From Marsupella aquatica (lineage: Eukaryota > Plantae > Marchantiophyta), in assembly GCA_973895155.1 (NCBI GenBank), contig OZ316893.1, forward strand, positions 8,929,839-8,993,838: a stretch of DNA of 64,000 nucleotides. The letters are read 5' to 3'. Shown piece after piece: positions 1-13,219 of this stretch. The notes under the pieces were generated by a model. It saw only the letters and a program-made list of their open reading frames with translations, did not search any database and was not told the DNA's origin. Made by a program: the position numbers and the translations under genes. How positions within the stretch are numbered: position 1 is the first letter of the stretch; every line of letters starts with the position of its first letter.

Positions 1-1457
1 TGCCACCATTTCCATAACTTTGTGCCCAGAAAGTCTTGCCCGGTAATTTTTTTTCCAGGCAGATATTATATATGATAAGGACTAATTGGGCTGGTGTTAT
101 TGTCTGAAACTTGTTCACACGAAGCTCAGACAAACTTCCTGGCTGCCGCCAATCAACATTTCCACAGATGAACATTTCCTCACTTTCTTATCACAAGGTT
201 CCAGACTAGTAACCCCAGACCAATCCCTCATTACCCTATACTATTATCTGTTCCAAAAATAGATTACCAGGTAAGACTTTCGGCATTTCTTCACTTTCTG
301 GTCACAAAGTTACAAACTAGTAACCCCAGACCAATCGGTCATTACCATATACTATTGGTCATTACCCTATACTATTACCTGCTTCAAAAATAGATCACCA
401 GGTAGGTAAGACTTTCCTCTAAATTTTTGGGCAGAGGGTTCTCCATTTTTGGGCCAAATGGTAGCATTTAATAGAAAAGATTAGTAGAATTATAATATTG
501 TGGTAAGGCACGAGGTTGCAACGTTGCAGTCGTGGTTCAGGAGCGTCACCAGTTACTGTAGTAAGGCTCCTTGGTCCTTCATTGTAGTCTTTGGTCCAGG
601 AGCGTCACCAGTCTCCTCGTTGTGAGCTCTCTCTCCCTCCCTCTTTCTCTCTCTCTCTCTCTCGATCGATGCGCTCGTTTGTTTGATTTGTCTCCTCGAT
701 TGCAAGTACAATAGTGGGTTGAAGCAATTTGTTCAAGCTCCACGCAGCAATCAATCTGATCTCAGCTCTCTTAATTAATTCACAACTTGTGCCGTTCTTT
801 CAAGCCGTTCGCAACCTGGTCGAAGCAACTTTTTCCGCAAGCTTCCTCGAAGAGATTTGAGCTCGATTGCGCTCCTTCGCTACGTACTACTGCGTTAGGT
901 TTGAGCGCTTTGTGAAAACTCGGGATATGAGAGTTCGCTTTGCAAACACTCTGTGTCTGTGCACGGGCTTTGAGATCACCCTTTCGGTGGTCTTTGAATT
1001 CAGTGGTCGTTGAATTTGACGGACGGTCTAAAATTTCTGCGGTGATGGCTCCGCAGTTTGCTTGAATGTCTCTGCCTCAATCGGGGCTCTCAGTCGGGGC
1101 TCCGGTTGTCCTGCTCTAGCGAGCAACTCACTGACAAAATGAAGAATCCTGGCCGGTTTCTTCCCCTGTGACGTGCGATTTCCGCCTCTCTCTGCCGGAC
1201 GGACGGACAACAATTTTGTTGAGGAGATGCCTCGGGGAATGAGTGTTTCGCAACAGCAACAGCAACAGCAGGAGTAGGAGCTGCAGCAAGAGGGGGAATC
1301 TTTTGCTCCTGATGTACGGGAGCTAGGTCAGGGAATTGTAAGGGGTTCGGAGTATCTAAATGAGTGTTTTGCAACAGCAACAGCAGGAGCAGGGGCTGCA
1401 GCACCACGCGGACGGGGGAGAGGAGCAGGGGCAGGAGGAGCTCTAAGGCAAGAGATA

Positions 1458-2936
1458 GTGATGGCTGGGCGACGGATATGGAACAGATTGACAATGATTC
1501 TAGTGGTCATCGTCCTTTCGGGAGAAATCGCATCACTCCTGTTCTTAGATCGGCTCGATTCATTGTCGATTAGATCTTTGACTTCGTGGACGCGTTCCAC
1601 GTCGCGTCCGGATAAGCCGAAGTTGTCCAGTGGGGTGCAAGACGATTCAATTGAGGTTTTCCCCGCGCAAAACAATTGCGAGGCATGGCTGGAAGAGGTG
1701 GACAGATTGCCTGCAGGCCGGAACTTCGTAATGGATCCGGTCCTGGTGATTTTCGGTGAATCGCAGGACTGGGAGAGCTGTGGTGTGGGATGTATTTTCA
1801 GATCCAACGGTGACGACCCAGACGGAGCGTTCACGAAAGGTACAATAGGTCCTCCCTACAGGCAAGACGGAAGCTCCCACATACTTCGTTCCATGGAATC
1901 TGCAACGTACTACCCCGAGAACAATCTGGCAACTGCGCACGCTTCAGGCTACGATGTGGTGATGACCACCAGCCTTGCATCTGACGTCCCAGTTGGCTAT
2001 TTTTCGTGGGCTGAGTATGATATTATGGCTCCAGTGCAACCTAAGGGTGATGACTCTGTCGCAGCTGCTTTCATTTCCAATTGTGCTGCGCATAATTTCC
2101 GACTAGAGGCACTGGAGGACCTGAAGAGATTCAGAGTGAACGTTGACTCATTTGGGAAGTGCCATCGGAATCGAGAATCTCCGAACAAGCTGGAGACTCT
2201 AAGGCACTACAAGTTCAGCTTGGCTTTTGAGAATTCCAACGAGGAGGACTATGTGACTGAGAAGTTCTGGCAGTCACTGGTTGCCGGGTCTGTTCCTGTG
2301 GTTTTGGGTGCACCGAACATTGAGGATTTTGTACCTGCGCCGAATTCGTTCTTACACATCAAATCTCTAAACGATGTGAGCAGAGTTGCCAACCAGATAA
2401 GATATTTGAATTCCAATTCGACGGCTTACAATGAAACGCTGCGGTGGAAGTACGAAGGCCCATCCAATGCTTTCAAGGCTCTTGTGGACATGGCAGCAGT
2501 CCACTCTTCCTGTCGCCTTTGCATACACTTAGCAACAATTATCCGATCTGAGGAAATGAGTGCAATCGCTGACGCAGTTGCAAAGAGACCGTGTAAATGC
2601 ACCGACGTGTTGGGCGTTGTCACCTATCATATCTACGTTCGAGAGAGAGGGAGGTTTGAATTTGAATCTGTATACGTGAGGTCAACCTACCTTTCAATTG
2701 CAGGATTGGAAGCAGCTGTTCTTGCGAAATTCAAGTCTCTCAACCATGTGCCAATATGGCATACAGAACGCCCCGAAATGATTAGAGGGGACGGCAGTCT
2801 GAATATTTATAAGATATACCCCGTGGGTCTTACTCAACGTGATGCATTGTATTCCGTCTACTTTCAGACTGATGATAATGTGAAAGGTCACTTCGATGAC
2901 AATCCGTGCCCCAAACTTGAAGTGATTTTTGTCTAA
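1458..2936 (+). CDS. FUCT: Glycoprotein 3-alpha-L-fucosyltransferase (core alpha-1,3-FucT, GT10), single exon
   Basis: 492-aa ORF with an N-terminal TM anchor. It has the GT10 motif [31 protein letters not shown], the plant FucT signatures [16 protein letters not shown] and [10 protein letters not shown], and the C-terminus [10 protein letters not shown]. Confidence 0.93.
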   Translation: MMAGRRIWNRLTMILVVIVLSGEIASLLFLDRLDSLSIRSLTSWTRSTSRPDKPKLSSGVQDDSIEVFPAQNNCEAWLEEVDRLPAGRNFVMDPVLVIFGESQDWESCGVGCIFRSNGDDPDGAFTKGTIGPPYRQDGSSHILRSMESATYYPENNLATAHASGYDVVMTTSLASDVPVGYFSWAEYDIMAPVQPKGDDSVAAAFISNCAAHNFRLEALEDLKRFRVNVDSFGKCHRNRESPNKLETLRHYKFSLAFENSNEEDYVTEKFWQSLVAGSVPVVLGAPNIEDFVPAPNSFLHIKSLNDVSRVANQIRYLNSNSTAYNETLRWKYEGPSNAFKALVDMAAVHSSCRLCIHLATIIRSEEMSAIADAVAKRPCKCTDVLGVVTYHIYVRERGRFEFESVYVRSTYLSIAGLEAAVLAKFKSLNHVPIWHTERPEMIRGDGSLNIYKIYPVGLTQRDALYSVYFQTDDNVKGHFDDNPCPKLEVIFV

Positions 2937-5363
2937 GCTCTAGGGAGCGTTTTGAATCTATCAGAGTGGAATCTGCATACTTGATTGGGTTTCACACTGC
3001 GGATTCGGAAACTGGGAGTGCATTCTCCAAAGCTGCAGGGAAGATTGATGTCCAGGTGTGGAATACAGACCCGATTCTAGTGCACAATATGGAGACCATA
3101 ATGGGAAGTGATTTTGGTCCGAGTTCCAGCGAAATTACCATCCAGTGGTTTGGAAGGACAGACTCGTCTGGTTGGTAAATAGATTCCCCACCTGGAAGAA
3201 AGATTTTTCCAAGTTTAAGCGGAGTTCGATCAACTACTGGGGATTGACAGGCTCGTCACTGGTTCATAAGCTGCACAAGTTGGAAGACTGTTTTGTCCAA
3301 GTTCGAAGGAGTTTTTCTCAACTACTGGATTCTCTACAGACTGATCTCTGGTTGATAACAGACAGGGCCAGAGTGGAAGCGAGTTTTGTTCGACGACAGT
3401 TCCAATACCCATCAACGATTGTAGAGACTACAGACCCGTGTCTTCATCACGTGGACCACATGGAGTACGACAGGCAAATTTTTGTTTGTTCCGGTTAAGA
3501 GCACTGGAGATTTGCATGGCTATTCATGAAAGTAGTCGAAGCCAAATGTTTGTGTGTGAATCACTCCGATGCAACCAGATAAGCAAGGACGGTGGTGGGT
3601 TGCAGTAAAATTTTGCAATGCAGATAATGCGAATGATCCACTTTGAGTGTCGATGATATCTACACAATCTCGTCGTTTAGGTACAGGTTCAGTATCCTGT
3701 GTGACAAAAGCTACCATTCCTGAGCTTGTGAGTTTGCAGGACACTTTGTTTAGAACAAGTCAGAATATCAGAGGGCCGGGTTTTAGACTCTGGGTCAGTG
3801 AATTCATGTTTGGTTCAGAAAGTGAATTCATGTTTTTTTAGTAAGTTGCAAGAGTTGGATGCGTAGTCTGCATTCCAGTTAACACGACGATGATGGTGGT
3901 GTTAGATACTCTTCTTGTCCCAGCAGCACCTTCAACATTTTTGTCAACATTGCTCACTTCAAGATATTGAGAGTAGCTAGTATAATCATTGCGAGAGATG
4001 AGTGAAAAATAAGCTCAGGACAGTCAACATCCTGACTTTTCACTCTCAATGAGAAATCTCAAAAGATCAGTAGCACTGTTCACAGCCTCAAGAATCAGAG
4101 GCATTCATCGTCCACTCCTCTAAACTGAGAATTGGCAATTGAAACGGTAACCACCTTCTAGAGGCTCCAGTAGATGTTATACGCGTTTGAGAGTGGATCA
4201 TCACGGTATTGTAAATGAATTAAACAAGGCTACCACAGGTCTTGTGCTATTGTGTCCAAATACTTTTCAAACCAAATTTTTTGTTCATTCTGTCTTGTTC
4301 AACAGAACTGCAGGACTTTCCTCACAATGATTGTGACCCTGCTAAAGTAAATTGAAAAATATTCTCGGAGGTAGCTCATCGTACCTTTGAGCCAATTGCC
4401 AATATATGATTGCCCTGTACACGCAGGTGACATACTCACAGTCTCTCAGCAATGTTTTCCTTGAGGATCTGAATTTTGTTTTTACTTTGTGGAGCTCAGT
4501 ATAGTGGGGCATACCAGAGTGGGATCCGTCTTCCTTGTCCTTCATGTCCACGCCTGCAGCTATTTGGTCTCTTTCTTTTGATTGCAGCGACAATGTTGTA
4601 TCGTTCTGACTACTTACGAAGTCTTATTCACACCAGCAGGCACAACGGTAATCCTTCTGTGGACACTTTGAATTCAGAACATTTAGGTCTCCAACACCGG
4701 GCCCTATCACAAACAGCCTATAACCTGGCACTGCAATTAGCATCAACATTCCTTAATTCGATTCACAACTCCTTCTGTCCCCCTGTTGGTGCACAAGCAA
4801 GACGGATTACCTTGATGAGCGACTGCCGCGTTGTGGAATAAGCAGAAAACCCTGTTGTTCGAATCTCCTGACCTTGCAGTTTCACATTTATACAATAGAC
4901 ATCAAAATGATGACTTGGCTAATTTTATCCGACCAAGGTTCTGAATGTCTGCTCTAGGCGTTCCTCTTGTTGGCCATATCTCGACATTATAGCACATTAG
5001 GAGACAGACCCTGTTTGGATGGTACAAGGAATAACGCGCCCCAAAACGGAGTGTGTATCTATGTTGATGGGCCATAAGTCTAAGTTTGTAGGTCACCACG
5101 TCCTTGAGTTTGTTATGGAAAGAGATATGGTGAGAATTGAAAGTGTGGTGTGAAGAACGATCGTGAGTCTGGCTTTCGGTTTGGGCAAAAGTTTCACAGT
5201 CCACCTCAACAGTTTTGTTATTTCTATATCTTCACTGTTTGCTCTTTGGAATTAATATATAGTAAGCAGAACCTCAAATATTGCTTCTGGGGAAGTCGGT
5301 GGACGCGCTCACCAGTCGCTAGCGTTTACAGTTTAAATTAACAATTTAGTGTTGCACTCGAGA

Positions 5364-5945
5364 ATGGATTCACGTAGCGAGCGAGAGAAGGCGCTCGCTG
5401 GTGAGCTCTACAACTCTTTCCATCCGGAGCTGGTGCAGCTGAGAAAGAGGGCACGGGGTCTTCAGCGACGGTACAATCAGACCACAGAGGAGGAAGAAGA
5501 AGCACGAGAAGCCATCCTCAAAGAATGGCTGGGTTCCAAAGGAGAGGAAGTTTTCATCGAGCCACCCTTTACGTGCGATTATGGAGGTAATCTCTACATC
5601 GGCGACGGCACATACATGAACTTCGACTGTGTGGTCTTAGATACTTGTCGGGTGGAGATTGGAAGCCATGTGAAGTTTGGGCCTAAGGTTCAAATCTACA
5701 CCGCAACTCACCCTCTGGACGCCACCCAGCGAACCACACCACCATATCTGGAGAGCGGGCGACCCATCAAGATCGGCAACAACGTGTGGCTTGGTGGAGG
5801 GTGCATCATCTGCCCAGGAGTGACAATCGGAGACAACAGCACCATTGGAGCTGGAGCCGTGGTCACTAAGAATGTCCCTCCCAACGTTGTTGCTGCAGGA
5901 AATCCAGCTCGAGTCATCAAGGAGTTGGCTCCGACACCACCCTAG
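5364..5945 (+). CDS. maa: Maltose/galactoside O-acetyltransferase (hexapeptide left-handed beta-helix, Mac N-domain), single exon
   Basis: ATG at 5364; motifs EREKALAGELY, IEPPFTCDYGGN, IYTATHPLD, IGNNVWLGGGCIICPGVTIGDNSTIGAGAVVTKNVPPNVVAAGNPARVIK. Confidence 0.9.
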   Translation: MDSRSEREKALAGELYNSFHPELVQLRKRARGLQRRYNQTTEEEEEAREAILKEWLGSKGEEVFIEPPFTCDYGGNLYIGDGTYMNFDCVVLDTCRVEIGSHVKFGPKVQIYTATHPLDATQRTTPPYLESGRPIKIGNNVWLGGGCIICPGVTIGDNSTIGAGAVVTKNVPPNVVAAGNPARVIKELAPTPP

Positions 5946-6936
5946 GTTAAAATCACTGTTATGGGCTGGGGTTCACTGTCTTGCTCATTGTAATTCCTGT
6001 TTAGGGTCCTTGTTTTAATTTATTACCTGGGTTTGAACTGTCCGGTCAAGAAATGTTAAGATTTGATTTTCTGCAAGTCGAAAGTCTTGCCTTGCATCAA
6101 ACGTTTCAGTGGCCCATTGCTCTTCATGTCGTCTTTACATTTTTCGGGTCCGACTTTCAGCCAACTGTTTTGGAGTGCAGCTGTGAGAAAGTCTTAAGAG
6201 TTTATCACTGCCGGATAATTTGTTAAGCCCTGCTTTCGGTTGCAGTACACCTAGCTTTATTGCGGACCTGTGGTGGTCCCTGCGTTCTGAATGTGGCTTG
6301 AATGGTCAGCGCGCGGACATGGAAATTTAAGTCGAAGTCTTTCACACGACATGCAATTATGAAACCTAACCTCTTCTCAGGTTCAAATTGCATTGCTCGG
6401 AACAGATGCTTCGAAGATGCAGGATGTTCAACGCTTCGTGATTGCCCGTTTCTTCTGCATACATGTTTGTAAAATTGTATGCACTTGGTTTAATTAGTGT
6501 TATCCACCTCAACGACATCTGAATTGATCTTTCATTTGAGAGATTCTGTCTGCTATTCAATGTCGCCTCCTTTGACCAGGATCTTCATTGTTTCTGATTC
6601 CTTCGTGGGGGGCCAGAGGTTTAGTATCTTGGGAGAGCATTCATCGCAATCTTTGATTTTGAACTCAGAGTTGTTCAATCAAGAAAATCATGTGGAGCAG
6701 CAAAGTGAGGCGCATGACATAAATCACACTAAGAAGGTTCTAGGAAAATCAAAGAACATAACGGGAAATCCACGTTAGATTAAAAATCGCGAGATCCGAC
6801 GCACAGAGGGTTTCATCTAAACTACAATTCATACAAAATACAGACGAGAAAAAAACTGAACAATTTACGTTCCATAAATTGATAAATTCACACATTTGCA
6901 ATGAACCGTTCCCAAAATCGCAATTTAGTGTTAGAA

Positions 6937-7430
6937 GGAGAGACTGTCGAAGACGACCATTGGGCTGGAGCTGTGGTCACTAAGAATGTCCCTGGGCAAC
7001 GTTGTAGCCGTAGGACATCCAGCTCAAGTTATAGCGGATGTCCCTGTACCACTACCCTATGTTAAAGATGGATTGGAGTTCACTTGCTCTGTTCTCACGT
7101 CTGGGAAGCCCTTGTCTTTAGCTACCTGGTTTGCACTTGGTCACTTTAGGATCTATTTCTGAAGCAGTCCATTGTGGATGTGTGGTTGCTAATTTTTGCC
7201 ACATTGCACAAACGTCTGAACCCTGTTTGTTTTCACCTTCGTTGAAAGCTCAGCGCCGAATGGAAATTAAAGTTTAAGCCCTCCACACTGCATACATGTA
7301 AGCTCAATTGCTTCTCAAAAGGATAATTGAATTCTCGGAACAGATGTTTGGAAGACAGGAAAGCGTTTAATATTTCATAATTGCCTGCCCATTTCCTACT
7401 CAAGTTTTTAGAATTATCGGCACTGACTTT
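6937..7430 (+). pseudogene. Degenerate partial duplicate of the maa 3' end and downstream sequence
   Basis: accattgggctggagctgtggtcactaagaatgtccct...ccagctcaagttat matches 5841-5920 with indels. 7290-7400 matches 6370-6480. Confidence 0.8.
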
Positions 7431-8048
7431 CACTGAACTTGTCTGACACTCCCGTAGTTTGCAGAAAGCATTTCAAAGTCCTGAGGTCGGTACAGGTCAA
7501 TTGTGTGAATGTTCAGTCCTATGACGGATGTTTCCATATTTTCTGTTTGCGGTTTATGATTTCGTGTCATCCACGCTAGGGCTCATGGTATAGAATACTG
7601 TGGACCGAACTCGTTTGACCCAGAAGGCCATAATATGTCACCTTCCGGCCTGCTTCCCTCGGTCTGCTTGTGAAGATAATCGAGATGGAGAAGAAAACTT
7701 CAGTTGTACTGCAAAGGTGCCACCGAAATTCAACAGCGAACGATTTTGACCCACAAGACCATAACGCACCTTCCTTCCTCCTTCCGCCGGTCTGCGGGGC
7801 AATATTATGGAGACCGAGATGAACAAATTTCTTGAAAAACTGCCACCAAAGTCTGGAGAAAAGCTGCTTTTATCAAGGGAAAACATCCTGAGAAAGAAAT
7901 AGGACGAAACTCAATCTCGAGAATAATTAAGCTAATACACATTGATTACCTAGTTAGCGCTTTCAGTATGTATTGCGTCTGATTTTAGCATAAACACTTG
8001 GAGCAAAAGAATGTTGTTTTGAATTGTGAAGAGACTCAATGATAACAC

Positions 8049-8107
8049 AGCTCAGTTAGGGATCCGGAGCTCAGTTAGGGATCCGGAGCTCAGTTAGGGA
8101 TCCGGAG
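8049..8107. repeat. 19-bp tandem repeat x3
   Basis: agctcagttagggatccgg starts at 8049, 8068 and 8087. Confidence 0.9.
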
Positions 8108-9076
8108 GTCCCGGGTTCGGAACCGGTTGTGTCAAAGAATACATTTTAATATTCACCCCACCCAAAAAGTGGGGATCATTCATGCTATTCACATTCGAAA
8201 AAATATGTAAAAGGTGGGCAGTAGGCGCGGGCAGGTGTGTACCCGAGGCTCTTAATGGGCCTCGAGATTGCCTTTCGTCGCGTACCAACCAAAATCTAAC
8301 TCGTACGCATTACACCGTCCAGTGCAGGCAGCAACTACAGACCTATAAAGAAAGAAATTAAAGACGAGTGTAGTGGCATTACTGATTGGGAAGTGGGGAC
8401 AGGGAGCTACAGTAGCTAGCCCACGACAAGCTTGCCGTGGTTGATGCAACACTCCACGGACCAATTTCTGTCCTTGCCAGTGCCAAGTTCAAGCTTGAAC
8501 GACAAGCTGACCACGGGGCTCTGCGGCCCAACCAATCGAATCCAGTAGCACGATGATAAAACCTTTGCATTTCGGGGTACCTTCTGATGCAGCTCCGTCA
8601 TCACAAACACGTCCATGAGCTTCTCCAATGAAGGCGAGTTCGGGCCCACCGTATCTGACGAGTTTAAGATACTGTTTCAAATAATTCTTGCTACTTGTCC
8701 GGGCAAGCTTGGTTGGTTACGTACGACATGTGTTTCACAATTTTTTTAGAAATAAAATCCGGGCTTGGTGAGATAGTACTTGCTTGAATGTGCTCGTCGA
8801 GCATAGTTCTAGGACTCTTAGAGTATAGCCCTAATTCGAAGGTCGGTGCAGAAGTTGTCTTCAAGATTACGCCTGCGCTGCAACACGTCTGGGATTCAGT
8901 GACTGATTTCCTGGAAGTAACCTCCTCCCCAAATGGGAGACTATATGTAAGCTCCGTTGCTGGTTCTTCATAGTGGAGTGAGCAGTTCTTGAATCTCCTT
9001 CATGTCGAGGAGTTTGCAGATGTGGGTTTAGTGTGCACTCTGCCGATTCGCCAGCTCCGTTTTCTGGTTGTGAGTT

Positions 9077-11233
9077 ATGGATCGTTTGATCGCTGTCTCT
9101 GCTTTGACGTTTGTCGGTCTGCTATCGAAACGGCATCTCTCTAGACGATCGGCTGAACCTGATGAAGCTAAGAAAGCCAAGGAGGGTGGGCTGCCCATTA
9201 CCGATCCCAATTGGCAGTGGCCAATTTATGATCAGTACAAGAATAAGGAAGGACAGGTACATTTGAAGAAACGGCATGCAGAGAAGAGCAAGGACGAAGC
9301 CAAGAGCAGTCCGTTCCGAGTGATCTACAAAAACGAGGAAAATCAGCAATGGCCGGATGCGGTCAAGATCGTTCTGTATTCCAAGCCCCTCATCAAAATC
9401 GTCGAGCAGTACCTCCCCAACAACGGAGACTTGAAGACTCTGGTAGAACCAACTCTTCGCGGCCGAGAGTTGTGCATTGTGCTCGATGAGCTCAAGAATC
9501 ATCAGCACTCCATAGAGGGGAAACCAGAGCATCATGGAATTCCCAACGGAAATGGGATGCTTGCAAATGGTGATTCACCCAAACCCCATGAGCTGACTAA
9601 CGGAGACTCTGTTCAACACGACGGTAAGCCTGAGGAGCAAAGTGAAGGGAAGCTTCACCTGACGCACTTGCTGCGATTTATGGAGAAGGAATACAGAGAT
9701 GTGGTTGTCCGAGTTCAACGCATGGAGGAAGAGAACCAAGTGACGTGGGATATGTTGTGGGCTTTCTTACCCGCTGGCAAGAAAGTCGTCTACAGCTGTG
9801 ACCACTCCGAAGAGCTTCTGTACGCTGTTGTGTCCAGCAACTACTTCCAATTTTCCGTAATGACTGGGTGGTCTTTCATCCTGGAGCTTGATGTGTGTGA
9901 ATTTGACGGGCAACGTTACAAGAAGTGCCAAATCATCCGAAAAATCCTCAAGTACGAGGGTGAGCGCTCGTTTGCCGGCTTGGCCGTCTGCCCTGTAGAA
10001 TTCGTTGGAACGCCGGAGATGTTGGAGGAAAGATTCGTTGAGAACGGTAAGAAATATGTCGACCTAACGATGACAACAAAGCATCGGTTCATGCACTACA
10101 CTGGGCCTCTGTTTCAGAAAAGAAAGGACAAAGGGGATACGTGCTGGCAATTGCACAAGGAGAATGCGGACGGAAGAGTGATGATCGACCTCGAGAGCTT
10201 TGCGAAGATGAATCCCCGATATCCCATGGGCAATGCGCAGCCACCATCAGCCTCCAGAAGCTGGATTCGCCGAAGCGATGGTTGCTACTCGTGCTACACC
10301 CCCCCTCGCGAATCGTACAACTCATCTACTGTCGCATCGGAAGTGTCGAACGAGAATCTCCTCTTCGCTCCGGGCATTGTCTACGGCTTCTCCTTCACCT
10401 TGAAAATGTGGGGCTCTTTCGCGATCAGTGGCTTTCGGGAAATCTCTTTCGACTCTTCTGCCTTCCAGGAACTTGTGATGGAATCTCAAATGAAAAGCTT
10501 GGTGCATAACTTGGTGAGCCATTACATTGCGACGCCAGCCGATGGATCACGGCCTTTGCGGCGAGTGGATCCAATCTCCAACAAGGGCAACGGATGCGTC
10601 TTTCTCTGCTACGGCCCACCTGGAACAGGAAAAACTTTGACAGCGGAGTCCCTAGCCGAGACTATGGGGCGCCCTCTCTGGGCCCTCAGCGTTTCCGAGC
10701 TCGGAACAACACCCAGGGAGCTCGAGCAGACGTTGTTCAAAGTTCTCGACATCGCAGCAGCGTGGCGGGCTGTGCTGCTGCTTGATGAAGCGGATGTCTA
10801 CCTGGAGAAGCGCATTACAGGAGCAGACCTCACTCGCAATGCCATGACAGGCGTCTTCCTGCGAATGCTGGAGTACTACCGAGGCGTTCTTTTCCTGACG
10901 ACAAACCGCATTGGCACTTTTGACGAAGCATTCCGCTCCCGGATCTCCATGTTTTTGCACTACGAGCCACTCAGCACTCAACACAAGCAGCAAATCTGGA
11001 AAGCGCTCCTCGACAAGGCCAGAATCCAAGATGTCGACGTGGGCAAGCTCTCCGAGTTAGCAGCTCTGGACCTGAATGGCCGTGAAATCAGAAACGCCAT
11101 TCACACGGCGCAGAGCTGGGCGCAGAGCAAAGGAGAGGTTCTTGAGCTTCAGCACGTTCACTACGTCATGAGCGTAATGGCTACCTCCCTCAAATCGCTC
11201 AATGAGGCGCTCCAAACCTCTGCATATAAATAA
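9077..11233 (+). CDS. AAA+ ATPase of the fungal-expanded type (DUF7025-like N-domain + AAA + lid), single exon
   Basis: 718 aa. Walker A GPPGTGKTLTAE, Walker B LLLDEADVYL, FLRMLEYYRGVLFLTTNR, FDEAFRSRI, lid LNGREIRN; upstream VTWDMLWAFL and GRVMID motifs. Confidence 0.88.
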   Translation: MDRLIAVSALTFVGLLSKRHLSRRSAEPDEAKKAKEGGLPITDPNWQWPIYDQYKNKEGQVHLKKRHAEKSKDEAKSSPFRVIYKNEENQQWPDAVKIVLYSKPLIKIVEQYLPNNGDLKTLVEPTLRGRELCIVLDELKNHQHSIEGKPEHHGIPNGNGMLANGDSPKPHELTNGDSVQHDGKPEEQSEGKLHLTHLLRFMEKEYRDVVVRVQRMEEENQVTWDMLWAFLPAGKKVVYSCDHSEELLYAVVSSNYFQFSVMTGWSFILELDVCEFDGQRYKKCQIIRKILKYEGERSFAGLAVCPVEFVGTPEMLEERFVENGKKYVDLTMTTKHRFMHYTGPLFQKRKDKGDTCWQLHKENADGRVMIDLESFAKMNPRYPMGNAQPPSASRSWIRRSDGCYSCYTPPRESYNSSTVASEVSNENLLFAPGIVYGFSFTLKMWGSFAISGFREISFDSSAFQELVMESQMKSLVHNLVSHYIATPADGSRPLRRVDPISNKGNGCVFLCYGPPGTGKTLTAESLAETMGRPLWALSVSELGTTPRELEQTLFKVLDIAAAWRAVLLLDEADVYLEKRITGADLTRNAMTGVFLRMLEYYRGVLFLTTNRIGTFDEAFRSRISMFLHYEPLSTQHKQQIWKALLDKARIQDVDVGKLSELAALDLNGREIRNAIHTAQSWAQSKGEVLELQHVHYVMSVMATSLKSLNEALQTSAYK

Positions 11234-13219
11234 TAGCTTCGTTCACACAGAGCAACAGAAACAATCGGCACTAGATCGAGGTAGCGAATAATTACGCAAT
11301 TCTCAACGGATGCAATTTTTGGGGTCTTGGCACCTTTGATCATAAATTCGACTATTGCAAAGTGCAACTTAAAGCACATTAGGGGAATTAGTAGTGTACT
11401 AGCTCACTGTTATAAGTTCAGCCGTAAACAAGCTGTTCAGAGCAGATTGGACACAGAATCCATTCGAGCATGGGCTCGTTCCCCCCACCACCATCTTTCA
11501 TCAAGGACATGAATCATTTGTACACAAAATGAAACACACAATGTTGTCAATTTTAAAACCCACGATTGGAACATTGTCATTCCATCTCTTTCTCTAACTT
11601 CTTTCCGTGTTCCTCGAGATTGCTGGATTCCAAATTCAGGATTTATAAGATGATCATCTTTTGGATGCCAAATCAATCATGATTCTTTGCAGATTTGAAG
11701 GATGGAGGTCGTGGCTTACTTTTTAATGACACCATGTTTTGGAAAAATATTGAGTGTACTATAGGCCGATGTGGCGGAGATCGGTGGAATTATAACATGA
11801 ACTCGAAGCTTTATCTATCAGACTTAAGATCGATCGACTTCAGTGATCGAAGCGATCCTTTTGCATTTATTTCGACTTGATCAATTACTCAAAGAATGAA
11901 AGTTAATTCTAGATGAAGAAGCTGTATTTCTGCTCTAGTGTAACATGTAATTGCGGTTCAATCCGAAGATAATACCAGAAGTGTTTATTTTATTTTATTT
12001 TATTTTATTTTTTATAATACCAGAAGTGTTGATCGCAACGTACGTTGCCGACTTGATTGGAACCACAAATTGGATACATCACTTCTTGCAATTAATCTCC
12101 TTTCCAGTTCCGTTCTTAAATCCTTTGTTGTACTTGTGCATACGGCCTTACAATTTTAGGGACCCAGAAAGTTAGCGACGAAGAACTTTCTTCCCCTGGC
12201 TGGCTAAGGATGAATAGGGTACCGTCTGGAATTAGTTAGCAATTTTCATTTTCACTTGTATCTGAAGATAAAGATTCTTAGCAAATTACTCATATTGCCC
12301 GCTCACATTCTTCTCATTCTTAGTCTCCCCACATGGAACCATGGAGAATTTCCTTATGAAATCAAAGCCCAGTTGAGTCAAACTCAAGGTTAGGTCTGAA
12401 ATCAGCGGCTGCTAAGTACCGCTATATTCCGCGTTGTGGACAATTTGGGTCGAAGACAATCATATGAGGCTAGAAATGAGTAGCATATTCCATGTTGCTG
12501 ATGTTTATTACAGGCTTGGAAGTGACGATCGTTTGGTGTGTGACCTGACTCCTTTGTGTTTGTATGTGGCTCTTCAGATGCAATTTATAATGTTTTTAGA
12601 AGTGCAATGTTTCTTAAAAGTCCTTTGTGAAGGACCAAAACCTTGCGCACAATTGCAAAATCTTTCGCCTCGAAAAAACCAATGGAATTTCATTCAAAAA
12701 GCAAGCATACAACAGGGGTGGCCCACAATTTGCCTCAAAAAAAAACCAATGGAATTCCATTCAAAAACCCAGCATGCAAGAGGGGTGGCCCACAAAAGGG
12801 GGTCGTCACCAATGGGGACCAAAGGTCTAAAGTGCCCAAAAACGACAGGGGTGGGGGGAACGCAAAATTGCAGCATCTTTACGAATAGTCTGAGCCATAC
12901 ATGTCAACCAGCAAAAGAGACAAAAATCCATTCACATCGGTGTAAAGTTCATTACGTCATCAGTCTTGAAATATCATACAAAAGTACTGGCATTTTCATA
13001 ATCATGGTACACAAAAAGCAGAGTGGGTCTATCTCTACTCCACACTGCTTTGGAACATCCATGAAGGGCAAACTGCTACCCCTAGAGATATTGATGCCTA
13101 TACAGATTCTTCAGTTTGTGGTTTGGCATGAAGATCAAAGAAGAGTGGGTATATATCTACTCCACACTCCTTTGGAACATCCAAGGGCAAACTGCTACTA
13201 CCCCTAGAGATATTGAAGC

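Noticed and set aside
8170-8990. Possible decayed receptor-kinase remnant on the - strand (LDFG-like, PEL-like strings)
   Set aside because: Too fragmentary to assemble ordered kinase subdomains by eye.
12434-13207. 257-aa + strand ORF
   Set aside because: TTG start, no recognisable domain, built from local duplications, and antisense to the STP 3' region.
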